Below, in pieces: positions 23,964 to 36,023 of a stretch of DNA of 42,919 nt (the first letter of the stretch is position 1; the number at the start of each line of letters is the position of its first letter). The translations under genes were made by a program, and so were the position numbers. Source of the DNA: Halocafeteria seosinensis. Taxonomy: Eukaryota. The notes under the pieces were generated by a model. The model saw only the letters and a list, made by a program, of their open reading frames with translations. It was not told the DNA's origin and ran no database searches. The stretch lies in the NCBI GenBank assembly GCA_001687465.1, contig LVLI01000633.1, positions 62,001-104,919 of the forward strand, read 5' to 3'.

Positions 23964-26900
23964 TCAGACTATATCTTCATCCACAACATCTGCTGCAATC
24001 ACGCTCTTGCGTGGTGAAGACGAAATCGAATTGGATCGGGAGTTGGAAGGATCTGGGGTAGACCTCCCCGTCTCGGGCTGGGCAGACGAGCTTAAGCGTT
24101 GCTTTGCTGGGTTATCTACCTTGAAGGTGAAAACTCCCGACTTTCTCGGCCCACGGTATTTTTTCTGGGCAAGTAGCCCGCAAGTTAACTGGTGACGCCG
24201 ATCCGCGTACATTTCTTCGAGACAGTAATTATGCATTGTCCACAATATTCCAGCCATAGCATACTTTGCAAGAACGCATCCTGAAAACAGCAGGAAAGAG
24301 GTTTGATTGTTAGGAACGTTTGAAACACAGTGTATAGTTGAGCAATAGCATACCTAAACCGGCGAAGTACACGCGGCGATCCATATCAACATCATTAAGC
24401 AATCCTAACAGTAGCAATATTGTTGCGTCGTAGAACAATTGCAGACTTATATAATACCATACCCCCAGTCGTCGAATGTTTTTCACCCAGTCATACCTGC
24501 AGTTCGTACTTCTCGTAACCGTGAAACTTCCCTAACGCCCACGAAATCCTTACGTGATTCTGGTTGTACCAGGGCTAGCAAAAGCAGATGAAAAAACTTC
24601 ACCAAAATGAGAAATGTTACCTCTCCCTGCAAACATTTTAAGGAGAGTATAATAATGGCGCATTGTTAATATGCCAGGAACAGCTCTTCTTACAGTAGAC
24701 CTGCGACAGGAACATCGCGCAAATATAACGCGAGATACGGCATCAAATCTCAACGCAAGGCCAAGAGAATTTGACTTACTATAGTGAGTACGAGTTTACT
24801 TTCCAGTATTGTAGCGACAGTAGTTGCGGGAGAAATAGGAAAATATGCCATGGCGAACGATACTGTCGCAATATTCGAGAGGATTTCAATCGCCCTAAAT
24901 GCCGCGAAGAAAAATACCGAAACAGAGATCGTGCTGACCCAGTTTTTCTCCACGGCATTACTCCACTGCGCAACGGTAATCAGAAAATCGATTGTGTGAA
25001 AACTACCACATGGATTACCAAACTTACTGAATTTATTTTCTGGCGGTCGCTTTGGGTGGTTGTTCCCACTGCAGAAACGAAGGATAAAAGAATAGAAAGG
25101 AGAACCGTCACTGAGGGCCCAGTATGAATTAAGATGAAAGCCTGAAATAGAATCTGCGGGGCCGCTTCCAGAAGCGTTTGTAGCAGTTTCAAGCGATGAA
25201 TGGCCTGCAATGCAACCGTATTAGGAATATCGGAACCGACGGCAATATGGGATGTTCACTTACAGCTAAGCCCTGCATCGGCTGCGTACTCTGCAAAATA
25301 ACAGTAGCATTTGGCTTTTTGCCTTTAAGAACAAAATAGTACGCGTCGGGCAACATAGACAGTCCAACAAAATGAAGGGCAGCAGCAAGCGTTCTCTTAT
25401 CCTCCCAAAGCGAGTAACAAGTGTAGAGAACAGCCCAAAGCAATCCTGCGTTGTTGGAAGCCAAGCTGATGAAAGCACTAACACTCGTTTAAAGCAAAAG
25501 TTCTACCTGCTAATGTAATCCAGAACGACGTCCACTTCTCTCTCATGGCTAGTTGCGAAATAACCTGGAAGGTGGGACCGACCATCACTTCAATGCATTG
25601 CCGCACTGGTATGATATCGCACTACATACTGCTATATCCAATGCGAAATCAGCAATATTTAATAAGCATGAACCAACCGCTATCAGCCTTTTCAACGAAC
25701 TCGTATACATGGAATAGGTACCTGCGATGCAGCATGGCATGATCTCTGAAACAGTCAGAAGTCACCATGACAGGAAAACCCACCTTTAAGCGGAATTCGG
25801 CTCATGGCTGACGGGTATGAGGCTCCAAACTTTTCTTCCTTGTTGATCACTGTTGACAGTGGCGGCATCGAAAATCGTATGGAATCTCCATGAGTGTAAT
25901 CCAGTTTTCCACTCTTAATAAATCCTTCCTCATCAGTAAAGAGAGTTACGGTTCTACCGTCTTTGAGAAGAAACCGCTCCTTTCTAGAATGTGGAAAGAC
26001 TCTTCCATGCGGACGATTCATGAGATGGGTAATGAAGCCGAGCTGCGCGACATTTTCCTCTGACGGAGCGATTTCCCCCGATGTGACACCTTTTAAACTA
26101 GTCCTGTGAGGGACTATTCGAAGCGTAACCACTTCCCGCAAAGCAGAAGCTGCACAATATGACGAATTATAGTTACTGAGTCATGCTTCATAGCCTGGAT
26201 GCAACTCACCATTTGCTCCTGTGTGCTCCAAATTAATTATTCGTTGCGTTGCCTTCCTTGTCGCGACACAGAATTCAGCAATGATGAAGAAAACGCGGTT
26301 CGTAAACTTGCAACCTGCGCCAGTCCGGCACTGTATGACTACCTGGACTACCCATATTTCAGGTGAATTACTGCGTACCTTGCAGACTCAGATGGGTCAA
26401 ACCTTCATTGAATTTTAGCGAGTCAAACAAGGGAGCGATCCAGGACCTTTGTAGCAGGCGACAAAGAGACTGGGGTTCATTTCGGCGGTTTGTGGCGAAC
26501 ATGTTATTGCAAATGGCTTACTTGATTACCTCCTTGTTTTCACGTAAGTCTAGAAGACGCAGAGAAGAGTTCTTTTCTAGCGCTCTTCCTAGGGTTTCAC
26601 TAACTCGTAGCCTGCCAACATTATTTCTTGACGTACTAGCTCAGGAGCATTGATGAGCAACACCTAAGAGCGGGTACCCACATTTGATCTGTATCCTTGT
26701 CGTAAAATGCCTCTTTGCTGAATGCAAAACGGTTTCTCCCCAAATATAGCTCTTCTACATCCGAGTAGTTCAGAGCCCTGGCCAAGTACGTTAATCTGAA
26801 AAAGGAAAAGGGTGAAAGCAGAGCTGCTGGTTCAACATTCTGTATGAGGCAGCACTGGCGTACCCGCCATCTGTGAAATTGTTGTCCTCCAGCACCAAGT

Positions 26901-27550
26901 TGACTATTCCTACGTTGGCACGCAATGCGCTGCAAACGTGATATGCACCATCGTCCCCCAACGGATTTCCTGTTATAGTGAGATTGGAAATATTTTTGGT
27001 TCGTTTCAAAGAATTAACAAATATGGATAATGCATCAGCGTCCAAGCTGGCGTTCTGCACTTTAGCAAACCAAGTCGGGCTCTTCGGATAGGATAGAACG
27101 CAATAAATGTTGGGAAAGGACCTACTTTGATTACGAGTGTTCTTAGGGTAACATTAAGTGACACTGCTGCGGCAAACGTTTTCAATAGCCACTCCTCGTC
27201 CAGTCGGATGCCGTCCACTTCTAGACGTCTGCAGAAGAGTCCAGTCCAGGTCGGTTTCTTGTCGGGCCCGCAATGGGCCCCGCTGTTAACGTAGTGGGCA
27301 CTTACTCGACGGAGGAGTTAATCTGTAGCAGTACAAATAATGCCGCCAGTGTCTTTTTGTCCTCCTCACATTCCTTTTTCAGACCACTGCTCTCGTCAAT
27401 TGTAATAGAGGATATTGTCTCCTTCCTGACCCCCTCAATTGCCTCGCCTAACCGACCATCCGCAACCAGCGCCAACTCTTTTGCCAGCTCAATATCACGA
27501 GGGGCTAATGTTGACGAAGGAGAACGGTCGGTACGCCTTCGTTGAGACAT
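23964..27550 (-). CDS. RNI-like leucine-rich-repeat protein fused to an XK-related (Xkr scramblase-like) membrane domain, about 17 exons
   Basis: One continuous frame via GT-AG introns. LRRs (LTITGNPLGDDGA, LVLEDNNFTDGG, LYLGRNRF, LRLLDLRENK, LTHLSLQGC), then a linker, then ADFALD, LLEAAPQILFQ (XK ExxPQ motif), FRAIEIL and several TM segments. Confidence 0.75.
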
Positions 27551-28857
27551 ACTTAACCCCAGAGACTAGGTTTTTATTGTTTCATAACGACAAATGACAC
27601 AGTGTGTCCTTTTGCTTTGTGCGGGTGTGGGTGCAAACCAGACAGACCGACCTGACAAAATGGTCTTGTGAAACAGCTATGGTACCTAAAGACAAAGAAA
27701 CGAGAAACACACTCTAAAAAAACAGATAATGGAAGGAAGATTAACTATATCATTGAATTGTTATACAGTATTCTTCCAACATGCCAAAGAAGTTCGAAAG
27801 AGCCTAAGTTTCTTTCTCTGGGCTGGTCGCAGTGTGGTCGCATCGGCCAGACCGGCAAGTATACCTACAACTGTCTTCGTACAAATTGCGCCTATCTACT
27901 TATTATAAGAATTTTCAATTTGTTCAATAATAGACATATTTGCTTTTTGTACCACAATCAAAAAAGTGAGCAGAAGAAGGGTAGAGCGGATCGCTAAACT
28001 CTGTATTGTTTTGGTGAAACGAATACATCGTGGTATCACCGCCCACATGGCCCCACACACTACCTCGTCAACTAGCCAAGTTCGAACTTCGTCCCAGGTG
28101 CCTGTTAAGTGTCTAAGAAACTTTTGACCCGTCAACCTATTAGACGTACAGTAGTAGATGGTATGCCAACGGAAATCCGTATCCGTATCGTTGTACTCAG
28201 TTTTGCGTTGAGATCCGTCTCAGCCGCAGCCAATGAAGGGGAACTGGAATGACGTGGCAATCCAAAGGGGGATAACATGGTCACAGAATAGTGGGAGCTC
28301 TAAGAGAACCAAAGGAGCGTGGGAACGGTTACATGCAGGATCTGGTACCAGGCCGCATGGACGACCTGTAGGTACGGTATGTAGTAGGGTAGGGTAGGCA
28401 CTGCTAGGCAGTAACACTGAAATATACTGGAAATACATGCACAGCATCTGCTGCAAACCATCATGCATAATGCATTTGACCGCTGGACCCGCTCCAAAGT
28501 CCACCACAGTATTGGGGCATACAGTAGTGTTGGCGCTTGGCGCACCAATCAATGTGACCACGGAGACTTCCGAGCAGTCCGGGCACGCCATTTGTACTGT
28601 GACTCTAATCGACACAACACTGGGGTGGTAACAAATGTCCAGTAGTCCGTCTGCCACAGCCTGGCCCACAGAGGTCACTGAGGTCAGTCCTGTGGAAACA
28701 AGTGTGAAGCCAAAGTGAAGGGCATCCCTGTTGACAACTTGCAATACCACGTCTGTTGTACATTTGTTACAATGTCTAACCCAATTGGGTGGTCAGTAGT
28801 GTTTAGCATAGATGGACACACCATATTTCCTCCGCTCTTTCTTCTGAAAGTCCAAGT

Positions 28858-30368
28858 ATGCTACGTCGTCTTCATGGCCGAGACCACGAACGTCTCCGCC
28901 TCACTTCAACAGGGTGGAGGAGGGTATACAGCTCTTCGAGGAGCACTCATGCAAGCCGTGGTGATCCATCTTCTGCTTTTTCTGTCATGTATCCCGGACA
29001 GGGGTCCCAATTTGTCGGCATGGGGAAGGACATAGCGCAGGAATTCCCTCTGGCGACCAAAGTGGTCTACGACGAGATCGAGGATAGTGTGCAACAGCAC
29101 CTCTCCACTCTCATGTTTTACGGCCAGGAAGTAAGTACGGTAGTCTCATCTGTATTTCATTATGCGAGGATCTGTATGTATGGAGTGCAGGAGGAACTCA
29201 ATCGGACAGAGAATACGCAGCCGGCGCTGTTGGCTCACGCTTTGGCTATCCAGCAAGTGCTTTCTCAAGAAATCGATCTAGATCTTAGCGAAGAGAGCAC
29301 GGGGCATAACGTGAGCTCGGTTTTAGGTCACAGCGTGGGCGAGTTCTCGGCTCTTGCGGCGTCTGGAGCATTCTTAGACGACATGGGAAGCGCCGCGAAG
29401 CTCCTGGTACGCTGAAAAAAAAAAACATATCTGGTACTGGCGCTCAATATTCTATGCAAGATGTAATTTGATTAACCGAATTTCGGTTCAGAAATTGCGA
29501 GGTTTGATGATGCAAAGAGCAGCCGAGAAGGAAAGGGAGCGAAATGGTAAAGAGCTGGGGATGATGGCGCTAATTATCAACCAACAGAAAAGTGGATCAT
29601 CATCGTTCGACAGAGTTGTGTCCAACATCAAAGAAGAATGCCGAGTTGCTTCGAGCGACACGGGTGTTTTAAATATTGCGAATATCAATTCACCATCTCA
29701 AGTAGTGCTTAGTGGACACAGCAACTGTCTCAAGGATGCTTCCGAAAGCCTACGAGATAAGGGAATCGTTTCAAGAGGAATACCATTGAGGCGTGTGTCA
29801 GCACCCTTTCACTGTTCTTTAATGAAACCAGCTGCTGACGCGCTGGAGCTTGCATTTTATTATGGAGAGGAAGAAGAGGAAGAAAAGCCAAACATCGACG
29901 AGCTTTGGAACAGTATTCGTGACTACGTGGACGAACATGAACTGGAAAAAGCTGCCGGTAGTCTTGCGTTATTTCCGCAAAAATGGATCAGCAATGTAGA
30001 TGGTACAGTGGTAAGAGTTCCGCCGTGTATGTAATCTGTCAATGGATTCAGTACTCTATTTTTGCCTGTCTGACTTTGACCAGACTCGCGACAATGATGA
30101 CGTAACTAGGAAGTTAGTGGAGCAAGTGACATCTTCTGTGGATTGGGTACGGTGTGTGAAAACTGCTGATTCCCTGCAGTCTTCATCGAACCCGACCTTC
30201 CTCGAGGTCGGTGGAGAAACTCTTGGAGGTTTTGTTAAACAGATATTGCCTGACAGCGATACTTATTCTATCAATAACATCGAGCAATTGAAGTCGTTTC
30301 TTCGAAGTGTGAACAGTGAAGGCTCGGTTGCAGGTGCGGTGAGAGCTCTGTCAGAGAAGAAAGGCTGA
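28858..30368 (+). CDS. fabD: Malonyl-CoA:ACP transacylase (FabD/MCAT), probably mitochondrial, 4 exons
   Basis: YPGQGSQFVGMG, TENTQPAL, catalytic GHSVGE, IANINSPSQVVLSG, VSAPFHCSLM; basic N-terminal presequence. Confidence 0.93.
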
Positions 30369-30862
30369 CTGTATACTTTCATAAAGTAAAGGTCTCCTAA
30401 ACTTACTGTGCGCCGGTCCGTATCAGCGAACAAAAGAGAAAGCTACTGGTATCCCTTGCACATCCTACTTACCAGTCCGTGGATGAATGGCCATCATTGT
30501 ACTTGCAACTGCGCTATGCTCATCGGAGTATATCTACAATAGTTCCGACTTTATGAATGTTATGAAAAATAATACTGGATACTTCTCGGCTAATCTAAAA
30601 TCAAAGCATATATCATATGTACATACCTTGGTAGTAGTTGATGACGGTACCACATTTGAATTTCGACATGAAGCTGACATTCACAGGTGCCCCAAATGCT
30701 GCTGTCTTTGGTTGAGATGTACGTACTACATGGATAGAGTCGAGGCAAGGCTTTGATTGTCAGATTGAACGCATAACCTGTATATTCAGTGCGTGCGCGC
30801 GCGTGTGTGTCTGTGAGGATTTATGTGTGCCATCATTGCTACAATTGAATAGTAGTCGAAGG

Positions 30863-31658
30863 ATGAGCACGACCCCAGAGGAGACTGCCATGGGAGCTGG
30901 CGGAGGTGCTGGCTCAGAGAAAGCCCCTACGGCTGTGAGTATGTCCGAGGATAGGAACCTGTTTTATGATCATGTGCACAGCAAGAATGTGAACAACGTG
31001 GAGAAGCTGCTGCAAGTGACGCTCCCCGTGCAATTCCAGCCCAGTTTCTACAAGGACATACTCCATACACCCAACGATCTATGCCAAATGGGTACGTAGA
31101 GACATCTCTCCCATATATGTGTGCATTACTCTCTGTGTGAGAACTAAAGGATTCTCTCTCTCTCTCTCTCTCTCTGTCTTCTGGTGCAGCGTACTATAAG
31201 GACCTCTTTGTGGGAGTCATTGCCTGTCTCGTTGAAAAGCACAAGGCCAATGGCAATGACAATGAATCCTCGGAAAGCACCACAAAAGCCAATGAAGCTA
31301 CGGAGGAAACCGACCGAACTACCAAACTACATCTTGCAGCGTTGAGCGTTCTTGCTCCTTATCGTGACATGGGAATAGGTAAGTGGCACCCCCTTGGCAA
31401 CCAACCGTGTACACTCAGAAAAGGCTTGTATCCCCCACAGGCTCCAAGTTACTGAAGCGTGTGCTAGAGAGTGTGCGCAATAATCACCAAGACATTAAGC
31501 AAGTGTATTTGCATGTTCAAGTGGACAACGAGGATGCTCAGCGGTTCTACAAACGACATGGATTTACAACGCAAAGAGAAGTCCCCCAGTACTATACCAG
31601 GGTCCGGGAAGGTTCTACTAATGCCTATCTAATGACCCTCCCCGTTAATCAGGAATAG
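30863..31658 (+). CDS. NAA50: N-terminal acetyltransferase NAA50-like GNAT, 3 exons
   Basis: LPVQFQPSFYKDIL, VLAPYRDMGIGSKLL (acetyl-CoA motif), YLHVQVDNEDAQRFYKRHGF, YYTR. Confidence 0.82.
31153..31175. repeat. (TC)n microsatellite within NAA50 intron 1
   Basis: Direct dinucleotide run forming the polypyrimidine tract. Confidence 0.9.
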
Positions 31659-31753
31659 AGAATAGCCAAGGAGGAAAGATAGATCTTGCTGGTATGTCCA
31701 TTGTTGGGCTAATATGTGAAGAGGGAATAGACAATAGATCTTGATACAGCTAT

Positions 31754-33094
31754 TTATATCGTCGTAACACGACGCAATTCACTAGCAGCCGGCTCCGCAT
31801 TGGGAACTTGCGGATTGACAGCTACCTTTTCATTTGGTTGAGAACGATAGAAGTTACCAACCATGCATCGATAGTCACCCATGAAATCTGTCTCAGAGCG
31901 GGCGCTCAAACGATAGGCTGGCTCGTCTCCGTTTTCTTTGAACGGGCAGACTCTGTTCATGTAGGGCGTTTGTTCGATCTCCCGAAGCCCATATTCATCC
32001 GCGAAAAGAGTCATCGTGAATCGCCGTGGTCTGAAAATTCGCAGCACGCTGTTGATAAGTGCACCGTAGCTCTTCGTTTTTATATTGCACTCGAACGAAG
32101 CATATGAGCAATGAGACTCCGGGGTCACGTGGATCGTCCAGTACGCTCCGAACAAGACACCATTCATGCTATATCCACAAGGTTCGAACAACCACTCTTG
32201 GATATTGCTGCCGGGCAACAACTGGTCGATCCCCGAAAGTCTTGACGCCGTCTTGCCATCAGAACACTCTTCGGACGTCTCAAAAAGCCTTGCAACACTC
32301 GGATCGATATCATACATCATTATGTCGATAGTTCTGTCCGTAGATTCGTGGCTCGGGCGCTCGCAGTAGTCAGCAACGAAAAGAAGCCAGTGGTCCCCCG
32401 TTATCGGACCAAGGACATGACCAGCTCCCTCGGGAAACAAGCCTTTCAAGAATTGTATCTGAGCAAAACAAAGTCGAAAATGTGTCGAACTTATACGCTC
32501 GCAGTTGATATCGCCGTCCATTGCCAACTAACTTACTTCTTCGTCCATGGATCGATGCGGAAATTGTTGCAAATCAGGGTAGGTGAAATCTTTCCTGGAG
32601 TAGCCAATCCATTCGAGCTGCATCCCCAGCTTCTGCACGTCGAGAATCAGCGAAATAAGTATGCTAAGTTTCTACGAGAACCAACAACTGGTATAAAAGC
32701 AACTCCATACCTTGGCTGTCTCAATTAGGGGCACAACTGCACGCAACAGCGTAGTCGTGCCACAGGTTTTGATAATCACCTTTTGGGGGTACACGAACAA
32801 GCTCGATTCGGACAAAAGATACGAATCAAAATGCTTCGCCTGCATGACATCCAAAATTGTGCATCGAGCCTGGCTTAGGATGTAATCCCATTGTTCCCGA
32901 GTGATCTTCCGCGCGCCCTCTTGAGGTCCCAAGTTGGGAACGAAGTCAATTTCGATCGTTTTCTCCGGCCCTTCGAATCCAGGTGGTAGTTCTTCTCGGT
33001 CAGGTAGATCTGCGGGGCTGAATGCTCGAGAATCTTGCTCCGGAGATTCTACCATCTCGTTTTCGTATTCCTGATTTGTTGCGTTTGCAGGCAT
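31754..33094 (-). CDS. AMD1: S-adenosylmethionine decarboxylase proenzyme (eukaryotic type), 3 exons: 33094-32711, 32632-32537, 32458-31754
   Basis: FEGPEK, self-cleavage site YLLSE/SSLFV, IIKTCGTT, FEPCGYSMN, TIHVTPESHCSYASFE. Confidence 0.96.
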
Positions 33095-33151
33095 TTTGAC
33101 GGTTTCGGGAAACAACAGGGAACTATATTTCTACGCTTCTAGTTGAACGGG

Positions 33152-33343
33152 CTAGCTTGGCCAAACCTCGCCGAAGAATAAGGTCCTGACTACCCTCATG
33201 AAGGAACGGGGGGACTTGGTGTCGCGTATGTAGTCTTCGTCGTTCCCAGAAGTCTGAACCACGGCAAAAGTTAGAATCAATAATATCATCATTTCTACTC
33301 CTGGTTCGGTTCCAAAGTGTCCCCCTACAAGCATACGTACCAT
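33152..33343 (-). promoter_or_regulatory. Spliced 34-aa upstream ORF of AdoMetDC ending W-P-S-stop (MTSGNDEDYIRDTKSPRSFMRVVRTLFFGEVWPS*)
   Basis: ATG at 33343-33341 followed immediately by intron 33340-33254 (GTACGT donor, CTAAC branch site, CAG acceptor); TAG ends 57 nt before the AdoMetDC ATG. Confidence 0.72.
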
Positions 33344-34522
33344 GTAGAACAAGGGAAGACTGGCGGGAGGTAGCTCACACTAAATATTCGTCGTCTGGAC
33401 TTTGGTAAGTGTGTTCTGCGCGGAGTTTCCTCGCACTCTGCGGCTATCTACGCGTCGATTCGAGGACAATAACGATCTCTTTTGGACTGTATCACTGAAT
33501 GTAACACGTCTGATGTCTCTAGCGACACTTTCTTCGGCTCTGCACAGAGCAACACGTCGTGAGGAAGTGACCCACCTGCATACCATGCGGACAGAGAGGG
33601 GGGAAGCAAAGCAATGTGGATGCATATGGAGACAACAGTCCATGTATGGATCTTCTTCAATTTGAGGCTCTTTCAGTATCCCAGTTGCAGTGCAACCTGC
33701 ATACCCCAGGATGAGATTGGCGGCGTCGAACATTCTGGCCTGCAAGCTGCAGCCCCTCCTTTTCCCTTGCCCCAGCCGCCTTTTCCTGTGTTTCTTTTAC
33801 GACGCATATTACTTGTTGTCCCTACTCATAACAAAGAAAGAATAAGGAATGGTCCGTACATGGATATACACTGAGAAAGACTGCCTCGTTGGGCAACACT
33901 GCTTGCTTTCATCGCAATATCCCGGACAAAGGAGACAAGGATGGGTGCATGGATACACATACCTTCGCAAGCAAAATGAAAGAAATTAAACGGAGTTCGC
34001 TAACTCTATTTCGTTGCTTTATTTTTTCCTGGTTACGTCTGACAACACCAATGCCAACACTGATGATATACAGTTGAACTGTGTCGAGGTACACAGGTTC
34101 ACACTCCACTCGCCACTGTCGCCGGCGGTTCAAGCTAAGTGCGCACCCTCTCTGCTGGTACACAAGACACATGGAAATATTTATGCGAAAAAAAAAAACC
34201 TACATGTTGTTACTTAAACCAGTGGAGAAGCTATAGCAACGCACTCGAGGGTTGTGTATTGGAGTCATTCGACGTTGTATGAGATGCGGCCCCAAGGAAG
34301 AAACCACCCCATGTAGCATTACCGCTGGGACAGGTACAACGTACAAAAGAATACTTTGACAGGGCATTTTCACAGTCCAGCAATAGGATTACCGCAGGCT
34401 GTAGTTAAGGGAATCCAAGATCCGGGGAATTGGATGTCTAGATTCCAGTGACAGAGTAAAGCGTTTTGCTTCACCTCCGGGTGAATTGTCAGAATCAGAG
34501 CCAGAATGACATCAGCATTGAG

Positions 34523-35399
34523 CTATTTTTTCAAGCGTTCTAAGCGCTCTGCAAGTGAGCTTGCTGCACTACCTCCTCCGTTACTACTCCCTCCTCCAGT
34601 TCCACTATGGTCAGAAGGAACATCCCCGGCCGCAACCGGTTCTTCCGAGGGCCCTGACGACGAAGCAGCAGCACTCTTATCTTTAGAAGGCACGCTTAAC
34701 TCTCCCATTTGATCAGCGACTTCTAATCCGTTTACCTCGGCTACCTCTTTCATTAGCGAATTAACTTCATTTTGGGGAGTTGAAAGAGAAGTCGAGCTTT
34801 CTAAGGTATCGTCCATATAACCCGACTTGACGTCCAAATCCTCGAACTGGCTTTCAAACTTCTCCATCAATTTGGATATCTTATTCATATCCATTGATTG
34901 TAGTGTCTTGTCCATCCCTGATACGACTCCTTGCATCCCTCTGGTAAGCATGTTCATGCGAATTGCTGCATCTATCCGGGAGACGACAGCGTCCATGCGG
35001 CTCCCCAGTCGTAAATAGTTCAAGGCTTGGTTCTTCTCCCGTATAGCATTCTGCATGCAAGTGGACATACAAACAAGTTGCGCAACCAGAAAAAGCTTGT
35101 AGCTGCACCAGAAGTTCCACTTACGGCGGCGTATATCTTAGCTCCTTCCTGCACTTGTACGTTCGTTCGCCAGATGCATACAGGCACACGAGCACTAGAA
35201 AATTGGAAGTTCCCGCGCAACACTCTCGCTTTCTACAGTAAGTACATACCATGTTTCCTTTCTTTATAGCCTCCGCCACTTTCTTCCTGTTGGCTTTCTC
35301 ATTCTTCTCGCATTTCTTACTCTGACGCTGGAGTTGCTTGGAGGTCATTCGGAGGTTGAATGACACCTCCTGCATCTGATTTGCTGCCTTGGCGGACAT
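34523..35399 (-). CDS. CHMP1: ESCRT-III subunit CHMP1/Did2/Vps46 (Snf7 family), exons 35399-35250, 35148-35125, 35050-34523
   Basis: [69 protein letters not shown], C-terminal LAERLERLK. Confidence 0.95.
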
Positions 35400-36023
35400 T
35401 TCTCGTCCCGTCTGTCACAGGAGTCGCATACGGACAACTGATTCACCAACGAAACTCTACCCAATCAATCCAGCTGTAGCATAGATTTCGACACAACAAC
35501 TCGTCTGCGGTCCCACGCGCTTCAACTTCAACACTCTGGGGTCTTACGAAGTGGAAGTAGGTCCTCGGACAACTTGGAACAAGCAACATCTATGGTTGCC
35601 CGGGGGTAATATGTTGAAGGTTCGGTTGATGGTTTCTACTACTGGATTGAGTCTATTTGCTACATGCATTGTTCAAGAATGACATCTTCACTTAGAAGCC
35701 GGGTGATATGGAATTCACTTTACAATTCCAATGCGTCAAGGTTATTGTATTGCTTTCCTCAGTGTATAGAATTATTTCATGTACGCATGGAAATACATGC
35801 CAAAAGGTTTCCCAGGATTAGCGGAAATTGCGGATACGTTGGTAACGAGTTGTACTTCGAAGAAGAAGACAACACAAATTCAAACGTATTCGCAGAACCC
35901 AAATCTCGCCACTATCATTTTTCCCCAGCATTACCAGTTTTAAAGCGAGTGCTCTGAACGATATAAACTGACGGGAGACCACAATTAGGACAGTTAGTTT
36001 CTTGACTAGTAGCTACTGTCCCT

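Noticed and set aside
33380..33745. 121-aa ORF in frame with the PS* uORF across one TAG (possible readthrough)
   Set aside because: Its start lies in the probable leader intron and it has no protein-like features
34410..34446. Imperfect inverted repeat GGAATC...GATTCC downstream of CHMP1
   Set aside because: Short and imperfect; compatible with chance
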